DNA of 63,359 bases, the filler included, from Folioceros fuciformis (lineage: Eukaryota): assembly GCA_049999805.1 (NCBI GenBank). It is 10 parts of 10 records of this genome, joined end to end, with 100 filler letters (N's around TTAATTAATTAA, not from the genome) between each part and the next. Parts side by side here need not be neighbours in the genome. Positions count along the whole stretch, not along the records: positions 1 to 12,218 come from JBNGIO010000788.1; positions 12,319 to 24,138 come from JBNGIO010000791.1; 8 more parts are not named here. The stretch is one strand, 5' to 3'. Each line of letters opens with the position of its first letter. Position 1 is the first letter of the stretch. Shown piece by piece: positions 1-13,152 of this stretch. The notes beneath the pieces were generated by a model. The model did no database searches and was not told the origin of the DNA. It saw only the letters and a program-made list of their open reading frames with translations. A program made the position numbers and the translations under genes.

Positions 1-371
1 TGGAAGGCCGAATCAGCCAGCCTGCTACTCACCAGCGTCTTCAGCACCGTCTGGCCTGTAAGTCCCTGCATTGCATGCCGCGACCCGCCACCACCGTCAG
101 CTGCAGCGTCTGATCCGCCACTTTGCACGACCCGCTCCGACTCCGGCTGCTGGAGCCGGCTATCGCCGAGCTCCCCATCCATCGCGCAGGCCTAGCAACT
201 GCGTCCCATACTTCTCTTTGCTCGCGCTGCCTGCAAGAACGGGCTACCATAACCTACCTGGAAGAAGCCTCTCCTCCATCTCCAGAAAACCGCGAAGAAA
301 GGGCCTTCTACCCCCGCTCCAAGAAGAGGCCTGATGTGGCCCTTCCAATTCCACGAGCATAACCGCGTCCT

Positions 372-560
372 TCACAGTCTGCTAACCTGCTGTCCACCCC
401 TTCGCAGCCCCTGCAATGCCACAGCCATCTTTGCTTCCACACGAGCATTGGTCTTCACCAGCTCGATGTTAGCAGCAAGAGAAGCTCCACCAGTGAGCTC
501 ATTTACCCGCTTCAGGAAGAAGGGCGTGACAGCAGCGCCCACAACCCCCTTCTCCTCGCA
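372..560 (-). pseudogene. C-terminal fragment of pseudouridine-5'-phosphate glycosidase (PsuG/PUMY, indigoidine synthase A family)
   Basis: Manual translation of the - strand: CEEKGVVGAAVTPFFLKRVNELTGGASLAANIELVKTNARVEAKMAVALQ...*, matching the family C-terminus (G.A.TPFLL.RVNELTGG.SL..NI.LV.NNA). No upstream exons recognised; not in the ORF track. Confidence 0.8.
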
Positions 561-3500
561 GCAGTTCTGTGGAAATTATCTCCTCGTCGTTGCTCCACCT
601 CTTCAGCTCGTAGATTCTTCAACGTGATAGCAAGCGGAGCCCTCTCAGCAGTTCGCGCTGCGATTTCCTCCTTCAACCTGTCTGCGTTCCTTTCTGCCTC
701 CACCTTTTCCTCCAATTCTTGGCGTTCCACCGAGGCTTTGCCTAATGATGAGCCTGCCTTCCCACTCTCAGCATCTTCCCTCTCCCGCTTCGCCGGAGAC
801 AAACTCGTTGAAGACAGATGACTCGCTGGAGAACTAGCTCTCCCCGTGTCGGTGTTCCCCCCGTCACGAACACCGATATCCCCACTGCAGCTGCCAGGAA
901 CAGGGGGGAGACACGGTGGTGGCGCCGTCCATCCTCTGTCCGCCAGCAAAACGCACAGGCTTTGGGCCCTGACTCCTCATCTCTCCAGAGAACCACACCT
1001 GCCCAGCGCCCGATCATTGCCGAAGCCCGGTCCACAACCAACCATCCCCGACAAAATCGTGCACCGCAAACCATACTATTCTCATAACCCCCGCACCCGG
1101 AACAGCCAACTGCTCCAGCATCACTTGAGCCCGCCATGCTCCCTACTACCACCATCGCAGTCGCAGTCCTCCACTCCTGCCTCTATCACTACCACACAGC
1201 GAGGAACAAATCCCGCATAGTCCAAAGATGCCCTCCATCAACCACACTGTCCTTTAACCAAACAACTCCAACGTTCCCACACATTCCTCCACTCAGTCCT
1301 AGCCTTCAGGACGAGTCCTGAGAATCCGACAAGCCCGGGAAAGGGCCCCGCCAGGCCTCCATAGACCACCCCGGTCCCCAAAGATCAAGAGCTCACAGTG
1401 TTGTTGGGTGCAGGTGGAGGGGGCTCGTCATCTGCGGATCGCTCTGAGGAGGTGGTTGTGTTCAGGCCCAGACCTGGACGTGGGCGGTTACCGGCATTCA
1501 GTTCGTCATCATAGGAAGGGAGCGGGTCTGGAAAGAAGTTAGGCAACGAGTCGGTGACGGTTAGAAAACTATCTGGTGAGGGAGTTGTAGAAAAAGCGGC
1601 GGTAGAAGAGGAGGAGGTGGAAAGTGAGGAGCTGAGGGCGCCTGAGGCAGGTGCTGAGGGTTTGGAGGCGAGCGGCGAGTTGCAATGGAACCTCATAGAA
1701 GCCCACACTTTTTCCAGGGAAGAGTTGGTTCAGTTACGAGCGAAGGTGGAAGGGATGGTGGACAGATTGAGGGAGCAAATTGAGCTTCGAGTTGCCGAGA
1801 GAGAGCAACTTGCCGTCACGCTGAAGAAGTGGAGCAGGGGCTTGCTCTGGAAGAAATAATTTCCATAGAGTTGCTGCGCAGAGAGGGGGCTACATCTGTT
1901 TTTGGCACTCTAAAAGGGAAGCAGTTGGATGTGGCGTATCAAGTCTTGACGTGCCAGTACCACCAACTCAAGAGGTGAGCAAGCACAGTCTGAGAGTGGT
2001 GCAAGGAATAAGCGGAAGGGCAGCGAAGGACCAAGGAGCGTGGAGGGATATCACGACCGAGACCCTCCCAAAAGGAATTCTAATTACCAAGTAGGAAGAG
2101 GTCGAAGTTATCGATGAGGTTTTTCGCGATGGAAGGTTGGTGAGGGTGCTGTGACGGGAGACCTTCCGGTTAGAAGGTCTGACAAGTTAAATCTAGAGAA
2201 ATTGTCTTCCGGAATTGCTTCTACTAGAGCTGACACAGGAGTGGTGAGCAGTAGCAGTGAGGAGAATGCAGGAGTTTGAAGTGATTCGGTTAGGCGGATG
2301 CAGTTACAAATGTTTTTTTTTTCATGAGAGTGATAAGAAAGCAGTTCTCTTCAGGTCGCTGAGTCGACAAGGACACCCCTAGCTTCGGAATTGGAGGGCA
2401 TTCTCAAAGCGCTTTCAAGGTCTAATCCAGGAACTAGCATAGGTCCTGTGGAACTGCCGGCTTCATCTCCTCAGATGTCTTATGATGGGATGGCTATCGT
2501 AGGCCCGAATCAGGGGTCACGATGTGCCCTTCCCTCTCAAGCTGAAGGTGAAGTAGAGGGAAAGGAGCCTTCCAAATGATCCATGAGACTAAGTCTCTTG
2601 TCTCTCCGCGAGGAGACCACGCTCTATACAACCTGTCTGCCAAGGGCCATTTGTCCCCCGGGCTTGGGGGGGGCCTTGGCCCTGTTGGAATAGTGGAGCC
2701 AGGCGCAATATTGGCCGGAAAGGAGTGGAGTCCACATGATGAACATATCTCTTGGAAAGTGGCAGAGTTTGTTTTTTTTTGGAGTTCTGATTGGATTTCG
2801 TAGAGGAGTGGTTAGGAGATTATAGGAGATTAGGATAGATTAGAGGTTAGGTTAACGGTGAGTCGATAGGGGTTTGGTGGGATGTGTGGTAGGTAGGCCA
2901 CGGGTCTAGGTCCCCTTGCGTAGGGTGTCTGGATGTGTGTGGAAGCCCAGGACTGTGCGTGGGAAGGGTGAGTCGGGGTTCCTGAGGGAAAAGACGAGGA
3001 CGACGGGCCCTTGCTCCTGGTGCACCGGCTAGGCAAGGGTCACAAGAGCAAAGGTGGCCGGGTTAAACGGGCGGAAGGGCTGATCGGCTAGCTGGGTCGG
3101 TGGGAGCAAATCAGGCCGAACCCAGGCCAGGAGTGGACCCGGGCTAGGAAGACTGGTGGAGCACATGGCGGCTGTTAGGGGTGGACCTGGTCGGGCTGGC
3201 TCAGCAGCGGCCAGATCCAAGCTAGGCGGGTGGCGACCAAATCCAGGCGGTTCAAAACCAATCAAGCAACAAGGTGACTGGGGTAGGGCTCGAGATGAAT
3301 GTGGCGAGACTTGGAAGCCAAGCAGTGACCTGGCCGCAGGATCTCGAGCAGGAGTCGGCAGCGCGGGAAGGCAACCGGCAGATGACCTGCAGATAGATCC
3401 AGTTAGGCAACAACTGCCTGGCGCAGGCGAGATGGGCAAGGGGGTGATGTTGTGTCTAAGGAGCATCAAGGCCAGGCTGAGCACGGGGTCGGGCCCGGGC

Positions 3501-5608
3501 TGGGGTTCCGGCTGAATCCAGCCAGCAGAAGACCGGCCAGGCGAGTGGAAGCAAGCTGGCCGGTGGAGGTGGATCCAGGTTGATCAGGCTGATCGGGTTG
3601 CGCAGTGAGGAGGAGGAGGTAGCTTGGAGGGCGAGCTGCCTGGCCAGATTCGGCTAGGCAGCCGCCGGGCGCAGGTCAGCTGGCTGGAGGAAATCCTAGC
3701 CAGCAGGGCGAGGTGCAGATACGCGCTACCACCGGGACGGCTGCGGATGAGGCTGGAGTGGACCAAGTAGGCGGCCTGCCTGGAGGTGGCCGGCCAGTGA
3801 AGCTGGCAGTTGAGAAGCCTGGCGGTGGCCGGTTGGCTAGGGGGGAATCCAGGCCAGGCAGGCTGGCGGCTGGCTGCCTGACCAGCTTAGTAGGCAGCTA
3901 CCAGACAGGGCACCCATGCGGGCAGCCAGGGGCTGAAGGAACCATGCCAGGCGGGGGGGATCTAGTCTGGGCCGGGGGAGATCCTGGCTGGGAAGATGGG
4001 CAACTGGGCGGGTCGAATGGCAGCTGGCCGAGCCGGATCCCGCTAAGTCGGTTGGTGGGCAGACTGTATTGGGGGTGAAGTGCCTGGCTGTAGGAGCCAG
4101 GCGGCCAAGCAGGCGGGCTGCCTAGCTGGATCGAGAGGTTGGGGCCTCGGGCCAGTCGACCGGGGTAGGTGCTTGGTGATTGAGGATGCCCCAGTGGGCG
4201 TGGCCACAAGTAGAGGGCCAGCAGACCCGGGCCGCTAGCAGCCAGGCACCCTGGAGATGGGTCGGTTGGTCGATCTGAGAGGCCAGCTGGTTGGCGGGCC
4301 GGTGACAAACGGATCGGGCCACCAATGCCAGGCAGGCGGGCTGATTGGGCTGATCGGGCTAGCGGCTGTCTGGGGTGGACTTGGACGGGCTGGTCGGCAA
4401 GGCAAATGGCCGGATCTCAGGCAGGAGGGCTGGGGAAGGACTGGTGGCTGGCCACAGGGAGCCTGACCGGATCGGTAGGCCACCCAAGCCAGGCGGCCTG
4501 GGGGGATCGATCGGGCTGTAGGCAGGCGGCCAGCAGCACAGGCGGGTGGCGACTAGGTCCAAGCGGCTGGGCAGGCGGCCTGATCGGGCTGTGTGGATAG
4601 GGGTGGATCCGGGCGGGCAGCTTGGCAATGGATCTAAGCTAGCAGTTAGGTAGGCGAATTGAAGCAGGGACCATCCGGCAGGTGACCCAACATTAGCAGC
4701 GCAGGCAGCCTAGTCGGCTGCGGGCAGGTTGGTGGCTGATCGATTGGCGAGCCGGATCTGGCTATCCATCTAGTCAGCGGGCTAGCCAAAAGCCGGCTGG
4801 CAGGGGGCGGGTTGGCGGAGCAGAAGGAGAAGGGCGACTTGCCTGACGCGGCCATGCTGCCCTTGCGCCTTCACATTGCAAAAGACGACTCTCATGTTGA
4901 TAGAGACAGGTAGGTTGCAGGCAGCTGCCTCGAGGTGGCTGGGGCTAGAGATTCCCATGTTGCTCTGCCTGTGGAATCGGATAGAGAGAGGAACCACAGG
5001 GTTTGGGACGTCGGTGCGTATTCCCCTTGAGTGGGGTGGTTGTGGCCGGCCCTTTGTCTAGGCGATCATAGGTGTTGGGAGACGTGTCGGAGCCGGTTGG
5101 TTGTGTTGGTGGAAGAAACCCCAACCTGTAGGACTGAGCCAACGGGGGACACAGTGCAGGAGTTGGGTTACTCCATGATGGTGTTTCCTTGCAGTGATGG
5201 CATTGGTAGAGCTGGTTTTTTGGGGGCGCATAATTGGAAAGAATGGGAACGGGGATGTTGTCCCTCTAGGCATGCATATGCGTTCTAACTTCAATGCTGA
5301 GCCTTTTTAGCGGCAGTCTGCAAAGGCTCGGAGATGTCATTGGAACATCCAGAAAATGCACCAATAATTGCTCATGGGATCAAGAGCATAGCGAAGTCGA
5401 GCTCCGGCTCGAGTCTGGATTTGAGCAAGGAGGGTACGATGGCCTGGACAAGGGTCAGGGGCGAGGGCTGCCAGGAGAATGTGTGCGTGCTGCTAGCGGG
5501 TGGGAAGCCCAGTCATGGTTATGTTGGTAGGAATGGTGGGTTGTCACTTCTAGTGCGAAGCTTACAAGGTGCTCATTCAGGGGCACTAGGTGGGTAACTT
5601 TGCCGGGA

Positions 5609-5815
5609 CATGGGCCTTGGCCAGCAAAATGGAGGGGGACCTGAAGCCCATGTCCCTTGGCCAGCAAAATGGAGGGGGACCCGAAGCCCATGTCCCTTGG
5701 CCAGCAAAATGGAGGGGGACCTGAAGCCCATGTCCCTTGGCCAGCAAAATGAAGGGGGTCCGGACCTGAAGCCCATGTCCCTTGGCCAGCAGAATGGAGG
5801 GGTACTTGAAGGCAA
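5609..5815. repeat. 40-bp minisatellite, about 5 copies
   Basis: Unit CATGTCCCTTGGCCAGCAAAATGGAGGGGGACCTGAAGCC repeated head to tail; copy 4 has a small insertion. Confidence 0.9.
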
Positions 5816-6848
5816 GACAGGTCTTTGAAGGGTTGCAGGATGCTTTGAAGGGAAGGGATGGAATGATCTGAGAGAAGGGATGGAATGATCTGAGAGAAGA
5901 GGGAGAGTGTTGAGAGGCACTAACCATTTTCACTTGAGAGGTTGGTCAATTTTGGTAAGGGCACCCAGTGGAGTCCAAGGGACACAACCCCTATTAGGTC
6001 GGGGTAAGGATTAGGTAAGATTAAGGTTAGGTCAGAGTTAGGGTTAGGATTAGGTCAGAACTAGGTTTAGGTCAGAGTTAGGTTTCGGTCAGAATTAGGG
6101 GCGGCTTAGGTCAGAGAGAGATTGCTGGGTGGTTGACTGAGGCTAACCCTAGTAGATAAAGATGGAGGTTTGGGCCAAGGTAGTATAAGAGGCTAGACCT
6201 ACCATTGAGGAGGGGGCTGTCTACGGTGCGATTTTCGTGGACCTTGTGTGCAGAACTCCTGGCTTAGGGCGCTGAGCCGATTGAGACTGAACCAAGGTCC
6301 TGATTTCCCTTGCCACTAGGGGAACGTGGAGGATCCCAAGATTGCCAAGATCCGTGTGGCCAGATCCGCAAGGGCTGAATGATTCGCAGGCTGGCTGAAG
6401 TGAAGTAACAGGACCGTGAGCCAAGAGGGCTATCAAGTCCTAGTACCCACCCTACTCTTGAAGACTGCAAGGAGTGAAGGTGTTGTGTCCCAATTTTCAA
6501 GGGATAGCTGAAGCAAAGAGAGGAAGAGTTGGAGTGAAGTGCATAGAAGTGAAGAGTGAGTTGCTGAGGTGCAGGAGTGTGTGCTGAAGTAAAGGGTGAA
6601 GGGCTAAAGTGAAGAAGGAAGAACTGAAGTGGGAATCATGAAGAGCTGAAGGATTGAAGATGTGGAGTGTGAGTTGTGTGAGCTGATTTGAAGATAGGCT
6701 AGGCTTCTGGCCTCTTTATTGTGTATGTGTGGATAGGCCTATAGACCGGCTGATAGGTAGAAGTGTGAGTAGATAGCTGTAGGTGTTCCTTGACACTAGT
6801 TCACTCCCTTGGGAGTGAATCATAAGGCTGCAACGACAATAAGGGGAG

Positions 6849-9800
6849 GTGTGGCCCTTTGGTGGTTCTTGGGTGCAAGAAATCACTCCACAAAAGGCCA
6901 CTGCCTGGAGCACGGTGGCTACATCTTCCTTGACCATAGACAAACAGAGGAGCATGGAGGTGGCGGGTGGGAAGAGGACTTGTGTGTCGGAAGATCTGGC
7001 AGCAAGACTCAAACGCCAGGACCAGATTGATGTGGCTAAAGCAAGGAAGGCGTTGAATAAAGTTGTTCAACACATGGCCTTGGATATCACCTCCCCGGAA
7101 GGGAAAAAGACTAAGGTGCTGGAAGTGCCCAAGGGTGGAAATAGGCTTCGTGGGAAGGTCTTTGCTCGAGTAGGGAACGACCTTGTGGCACACAGATATG
7201 GACTGGAAATGGGGTCTGGAATGGAGGGATCAGGTTCGGTGTATCCCGGAAAAGGCTTGGTGGACTGTGCCAGCCCCATAAAACCGGATAGCCCCACCAT
7301 GAGAGATAACGCGGTATACGCTTCCGAGGAGGACCTATTCTCCTCTTCCTATGCTGAGGACGAAGAGGATACCGATACCGTCTGGCATGAAGTGCAAGCC
7401 GTCTTCTCCGGGGACAAAGACAGTACCTCCCCGTCATATTCCTTGGAAAAGGCCCCGATGCGGGTTAAGGAGGCACAGGATGAGCATCCTCCTCCAAAGC
7501 AGGAGGCATCTTGCTTCCTGAGTGGCCAGGAGATCAGGAAGGCGGAAGGCACAACAAGGAGGAATGGCAGAAAGTTTGAGATTAACCTAACGGTTACGAG
7601 AAAGGTTCATGACCTTGATTCTTTTTTGGTTATGATAGGAGGCGGGGGGGAGCAGTTACCACTTATCCTTACACTGCACCAGCTGCATACGGGGGAAGGA
7701 AAAGATATTTGAATTCTTGTCACCCGGAGGGGTTCCAGTTGGTAAGGAAGGAAAGGAGGTGGAATTCTTTTAGTGGCATATACCAGAAGGATGGGCAGCT
7801 TTTTGCTTACATACAACTTAAACAGTTTAGGACCCAATATGCCACTTACCCCAGCGTGGAGGTGGTCCTTGGACGCGCCTTGGGCAAAAGATAGGATTTG
7901 GAATCCAAACATAGCAGTGGGTGAAGTTGAGGGGCTTTTAGATGGCCAGGACAGGAGGATTGCTCCTGCTGTCCGCAAGTCTGTAAGGCTTCAAAGATTA
8001 TCCCTAGAGCTCAAATCAAAGGATAATTTGGCGCGACCCAAGTCAGTATCTGGGGCTAGGATGCCCAAACCTCTTGCTGTCAGGAATCTCTCAAGCAAGT
8101 CCCGCTAAATGGGTATTGACACTTTGAAGAACTATGAGAGGGGGTCTCACCTGCGGATCATTTCCTGGAATGTTAGGGGTTTGGGGGGATGGTCGAAGAC
8201 GGCGTCGAAGTGTAGAAGACTAAAGAATCTGCTAGAAGAGGAACTCACTTGGGATGTTGTGTGCTTGCAAGAGGAACCCTTTTTAACTATCTCTGGAAAA
8301 AACTATCTCTGGAGCAAATTCAAAGAGTGAAGAAGATCTTTCTCCCTGGTCGAACAGAATGGGCAGCAGCTCGAGCAGAGGACTCAAGAGATGGAGAGAG
8401 GTCTTCTCAACGTGTTTCAGCAACCCGCAGTGGAGTGTCCATTACCGTCCGCCCAAAGCAGACCCACAACATCCTAGAGTCGGGGCCAGATGAGGAGGGG
8501 AGGTTTGTGTGGCTGGTGCTACAAACTCCTCAAGGCCCAATGGGAATCTGCAATATTTATGCGCCTAATGCTGCCATTGACAAGAGTATCCTGAGGTGGA
8601 GGCTGCAGGATCAGCTTGATGAGCGGATCCCGTGGATGCTGGCTGGCGACTTCAACTTTGTTGAACGACGAGAGGACATTCGAGGAGATAGCTCAATGGA
8701 TTTATGGGCGGTGCCTTTGTCTTGGCAGGAGCTGAGAGACACGGTCCTCACTGTACAGGATCCTTGGGTGGCCCTCCCGGCTCATCGCCAACCACAGACC
8801 TTGATGTTCAGCTGGTCTAATCAACAACAACAGAATTTGGGAGCGCGCAGGTTGGACAGGTTTTATTTACCTTCAGGGTGGTTGGCCTTCGTACAATCGT
8901 ACAGTATTCTCGCTAGTACGATTCTGTCCGACCACCACCCCATCAACTTGCATTTGGGGCTTGCTCCAGAAGGTGAGCGCCCAAGGAGGCATACGCAAAA
9001 TTTTTGGATGAACACATCCTTATTGAAGGAAAAATGCATCTTTGAAGATATTAAAAACATATGGCAAGGGGTTAAACAGGGGGAAGAAAATGCGGCAGTT
9101 AAATTGATGTGAGCTAACAATGAGGCGACTAGGTATTTGAGGAGGCTTGGAGTTCAATGTGCACAAGAACATCGCCAACAAGAATGTTTTTGAGGGAGGA
9201 GTTATGTTGGTTACAGAGGAGCTGCGAGGACCGGGATCTCGCTAGTGCGGAAGAAGCCAGGAAAACGGAGGTGCAATGCGCTTTGGCCAAGTTGGAGGAA
9301 GATAGGGCCAGAGGTTGGTTCAAGTGGGCCAAAGTCAAGTGGGTGAGGGAGGGGGATAGCCCCTCTAAATTCTTCTTCGATAAGGTGGACACTAGCCGGC
9401 ATCGAACACGCATTCCTGCCCTCCCAAATGCGCGTGGAGTGGTGCAAGAATCGCTTGAAGGTTTAAAAACGCTTATTACCCTCTCTTTGTTGGCATTTTT
9501 TCCAGTGTGGGGAAGATGGCAGGGTGGGATCGGCTTTGGTCTTCTTCTTATGGTGCGCTGTCAGCCAAAGTATCTGACGACCAGCGTAGGGCTTTGGATA
9601 AGCCGATAACAGCTGACGAGGTGTTTCAGGCCCTGAAGGGGATGCCCAGGAATAAATCCTCGGGACATGATGGTATCCCTCCCGAGTTCTTGTTGTGGGG
9701 GTGGGAGTTTATGCAGCCGTTATTCATGGAAGCGGTTAGTATGTTTTGGGAAGAAGGTAACATGGGGAGTTGGGTTCAATATGGGGGTTATCTCCCTGCT

Positions 9801-12218
9801 CCCTAAGCAAGATGTCAGCTTATCAATCTCCAATTGGCGCCCAATTACCTTGCTTACAACTACGTACAAGGTGATTGCTAAGGTACTAGCTAACCCACTT
9901 ACACCCTTTCTTGATGATTGGATTGAGAAGGAGCAGCGGGGGTTCATTCAAAATAGGTGCATTTTGGACAACCTACTACTCCTAAGGGAAGCTAAGTACA
10001 ACACTCAGGTACAGAAGAAAGCCGTCATTTTCAATCACCTTGACTTTTACAAGGTTTATGATTCTATTGAGTGGCATTTCCTGTGGCGGCGTCTGCGTAG
10101 TTTCGGGTTTGGGAACAATTTCTGCAGATGGATAGCCATTCTATGTGAAGACATAGGAGCCAAGGTGGCTACTAATGGATCTTTTACGCAGCATTTTGGC
10201 ATCTCTCGGTGAGTACGTCGGGGTTGTCCCCTTGCTTTGTTCTTATTTATCATCGTCACTGACTTCTTTCTCAGAGCAGTCAAGCAAGACCCGGCAGTGG
10301 TGGGTATTCGGAACCCAGATGAAACGTAGTTAAGGGTCTCTGCATTTGCAGATGATACTCTCCTTTTCTCTCCGGCCGAGGAGGCTTCATTGAAAGCGGT
10401 GCTCCAACAGGTCAAAGTCTTTGGTGAACTATCGGGCTGCAAGGTGAATTGGAGCAAGACGCACATGATGTGTCTCCACATGAATGGGGAGCTTCCTTAG
10501 TGTATTAAACACATTAGGCGAGTTGCTCTAGGTTCTACCCACAAGTATTTGGGGCTTCCTTTCCAAGAGGGGGATGAGAATGGGGAGATTGGGAAGTACG
10601 TCTGCCTATGGTTCATTCGCAAAGCGGCTAGTCTACAGTTGCTGGAGCTTAACCTGGAAGGTAGGCTGGTGGTAATTAATCATATCCTTACTGCCTCGTT
10701 ATGGTATTATTTGTTTTTATGGGTCCCTTCCAAGATAGATGCGAAGCGTCGACAACAGGTGTTGACCTCTTTCTTGTGGAAGCGCTCGGGGGACAGTACA
10801 GCTGGGTGCTCTAAAGAAGCTTGGCAGCATATTATCCAAGCGCGTGGTTTGGGGGGGCTCGGGGTGATAGACCCAGTTGCAAAGATGAAAGTGCTGCATG
10901 CTCAGTGGGTTGTCAGGGTAGCTTATCCGGCGTACTACCCTTGGAAGAGTCTGTTAACACAGCATCTGGACTGCACCCAGGCTGTTCCCAGAGGAAGGAG
11001 ATCTATCGACAACATTCTGGCTGACAAACCGATCCTCGACACTGTAGACTGCTCCCCACTCTTCAAGTTGATTTGGAGCAGCTACCTGGAGGTTAAGCAA
11101 TACATTATCCCGGGTGACTTTTCTTGTGCGGATGATGTTCTTGGTATTCCCTTGCAGGGATTCTCGAGGTTGTGGGTGCAAGAGTTCAAGTCAAGGGTTT
11201 ATCGGTCACAAATCTTCGGGTTGGCTTGTCAGAAAGGCGTGCTCCAGCTTGGTCACCTATGGAATAGGTCAGAGGCTCGTTGGAAGGAGATAGAGGAGGA
11301 CAAAGGGGAGTTTGGCTTAGGGACCCAACATGTCAAACTCATTTTCTCGCGGTTGCATGAGGGGCTTGAGGAAAAGGTGCAACAGTTCTTAAGGCAACAA
11401 CCTACCATAGGAAGCGAAGGGTGGTATGCATACTCCATGGATAGTAGGGGAGTCGACTTGGAGGAGGAGGATGAACAGGTGGAAGCATTAGAACTAGATA
11501 GAGCGGTTTGGCTTGAGAGGTCAGATGGCAAAGAGACTTTGCAGTCGTTCAAGGTCCTGTCGCCTGATGGTCTTTTGGAAGAACAGGGCAAGGATGATAG
11601 GGACACTCGAGGTGAGGAATTGCGGGCTATCATTGTCCTCGTTAAGTCCGTACAGGCAGGGCGATGGTGCATCCCAAGCGAACGCCCAATTGAGCCACTC
11701 CCCTCCGTTAAAGCAAAAGTGCAGTGCTAGTTTCGACTAGGCGAGAATTGGACTCTGACCTTCAAACTAGGCCTCTACAAATGGCCCAGGTGTCCAGGGT
11801 GCAAGAAGGCTATCCCTCGGTCTTTCTTGAACTTCCCTACGATGGACCTATTCCTTTGGTTGGTGCGAGCGCAGAAAATCAAGCAAAGACAGCCAATGGC
11901 TCCCCGATTGCAACTCGCTAGACGGTGACAAAGGGAAGCCATCAAGCTCCTATGGAAGTCTGCAGGAATCCCCCCCAAGGTCAGGTTTACAGTTTGGTGT
12001 TTGTTTCAAGCGTCTTTACCTAATGCGGACCGGTGGGATGGGCTTTTAGCTGCGACGGGGGAGGATGTGTGTTGACTGTGCACTGCTGGAGCCCCGAACA
12101 AGAGCCAACACACGTTCTTTTGTTGATTTATCGAGCTCTATATGAGCTAAACTCATGTGGTGTTAGTTATCCCAGTTGGGTTCATACTAGACTAGTTCTA
12201 GTTATTAGTGAACTTAGG
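6849..12218 (+). mobile_element. Decayed L1/Tx1-type LINE retrotransposon; boundaries approximate
   Basis: ORF1-like low-complexity frames 6849-8108 precede ORF2 remnants; the 3' end runs to the contig end. Confidence 0.8.
8109..12125 (+). pseudogene. LINE ORF2: APE endonuclease, reverse transcriptase and zf-RVT, with frameshifts and stops
   Basis: APE motifs ISWNVRGL, VCLQE, NIYAPN, AGDFN, RLDRFY, LSDHHPI; RT motifs KSSGHDG, NWRPITLL, QRGF, LDFYKVYD, RRGCPL, FADD; GGLGVID; PPKVRFTVW zf-RVT. Split over several frames. Confidence 0.92.
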
Positions 12219-12318
12219 NNNNNNNNNNNNNNNNNNNNNNNNNNNNNNNNNNNNNNNNNNNNTTAATTAATTAANNNNNNNNNNNNNNNNNNNNNNNNNN
12301 NNNNNNNNNNNNNNNNNN
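12219..12318. other. Artificial contig spacer N44-TTAATTAATTAA-N44 (also 24139-24238, 33226-33325, 41083-41182, 45874-45973, 54466-54565, 55863-55962, 59854-59953, 61972-62071)
   Basis: Nine identical 100-bp blocks; TTAATTAATTAA gives stop codons in all six frames. Confidence 0.98.
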
Positions 12319-12952
12319 TTTATGATTTTTATGTATTTTCTAATATCTTCTAATATAAATCTGCTATCTATATATGCGGCATAGCACCGCGCCTTTCATG
12401 CACAACCATGCATATAGGTTGCATGCGCCATGACACATCACCTGCCACATGTCCACATACATCACATGTCATCCTTCATCTCCATATGCATGCATACATG
12501 GCACACATGCATATATGGCATACATGTCATGTGCAGGCCATCCATGGGCCATGTACATGACATCATCAAGCACTTCAGCATCAGGGCTTATGCCCGAGAT
12601 GCTCCAGTCAGTATCTAGTCATTTCAGCATTCAGGGCTTATGCCCAGGATGCTCTAGTCAGTATCCAGTCATAGAGTCTTAGGTGCTCTGTTTCCCATAC
12701 AGCAACAGCATGACACCCACCGCTAGGACGTGGAGCAAGGGATGTGTTTCCCTTGCCCAAGAGTTTGTGTCCAACGTTTTTTAGGCAATCACAAACCCTA
12801 ACCCATCGTCACCTATAGAGAATTGAGCACTTTCTGGCAGGCTCTTGGGGCAAAGTGGGCTTCCTATATAAGTAATACATGATTGATTTGGTGCGGAGCA
12901 ATGAGTTGCATATCACCAACCCGTGGCACATCCACTCCCTGCATATAACATT

Positions 12953-13152
12953 CATTACTACAATGAGAGCGGAGTTGGAACATTGGAGGCACATGTGGAA
13001 TAGGCATTGGGTGCAACGAATGAAAGCTACAAACTAAGATATCTCTAGCCATCATTACTACAATGAGAGCGGAGTTGGAACATTGGAGGCACGTGTGGAA
13101 TAGGCATTGGGTGCAACGAATGAAAGCTACAAACTAAGATATCTCTAGCCAT
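12953..13152. repeat. 100-bp tandem duplication, 2 near-identical copies
   Basis: CATTACTACAATGAGAGCGG...ATCTCTAGCCAT repeated; one visible mismatch (CACATG vs CACGTG). Confidence 0.9.

Noticed and set aside
3029-4997. Many overlapping 60-150 aa ORFs
   Set aside because: By-product of GC-rich low-complexity DNA.
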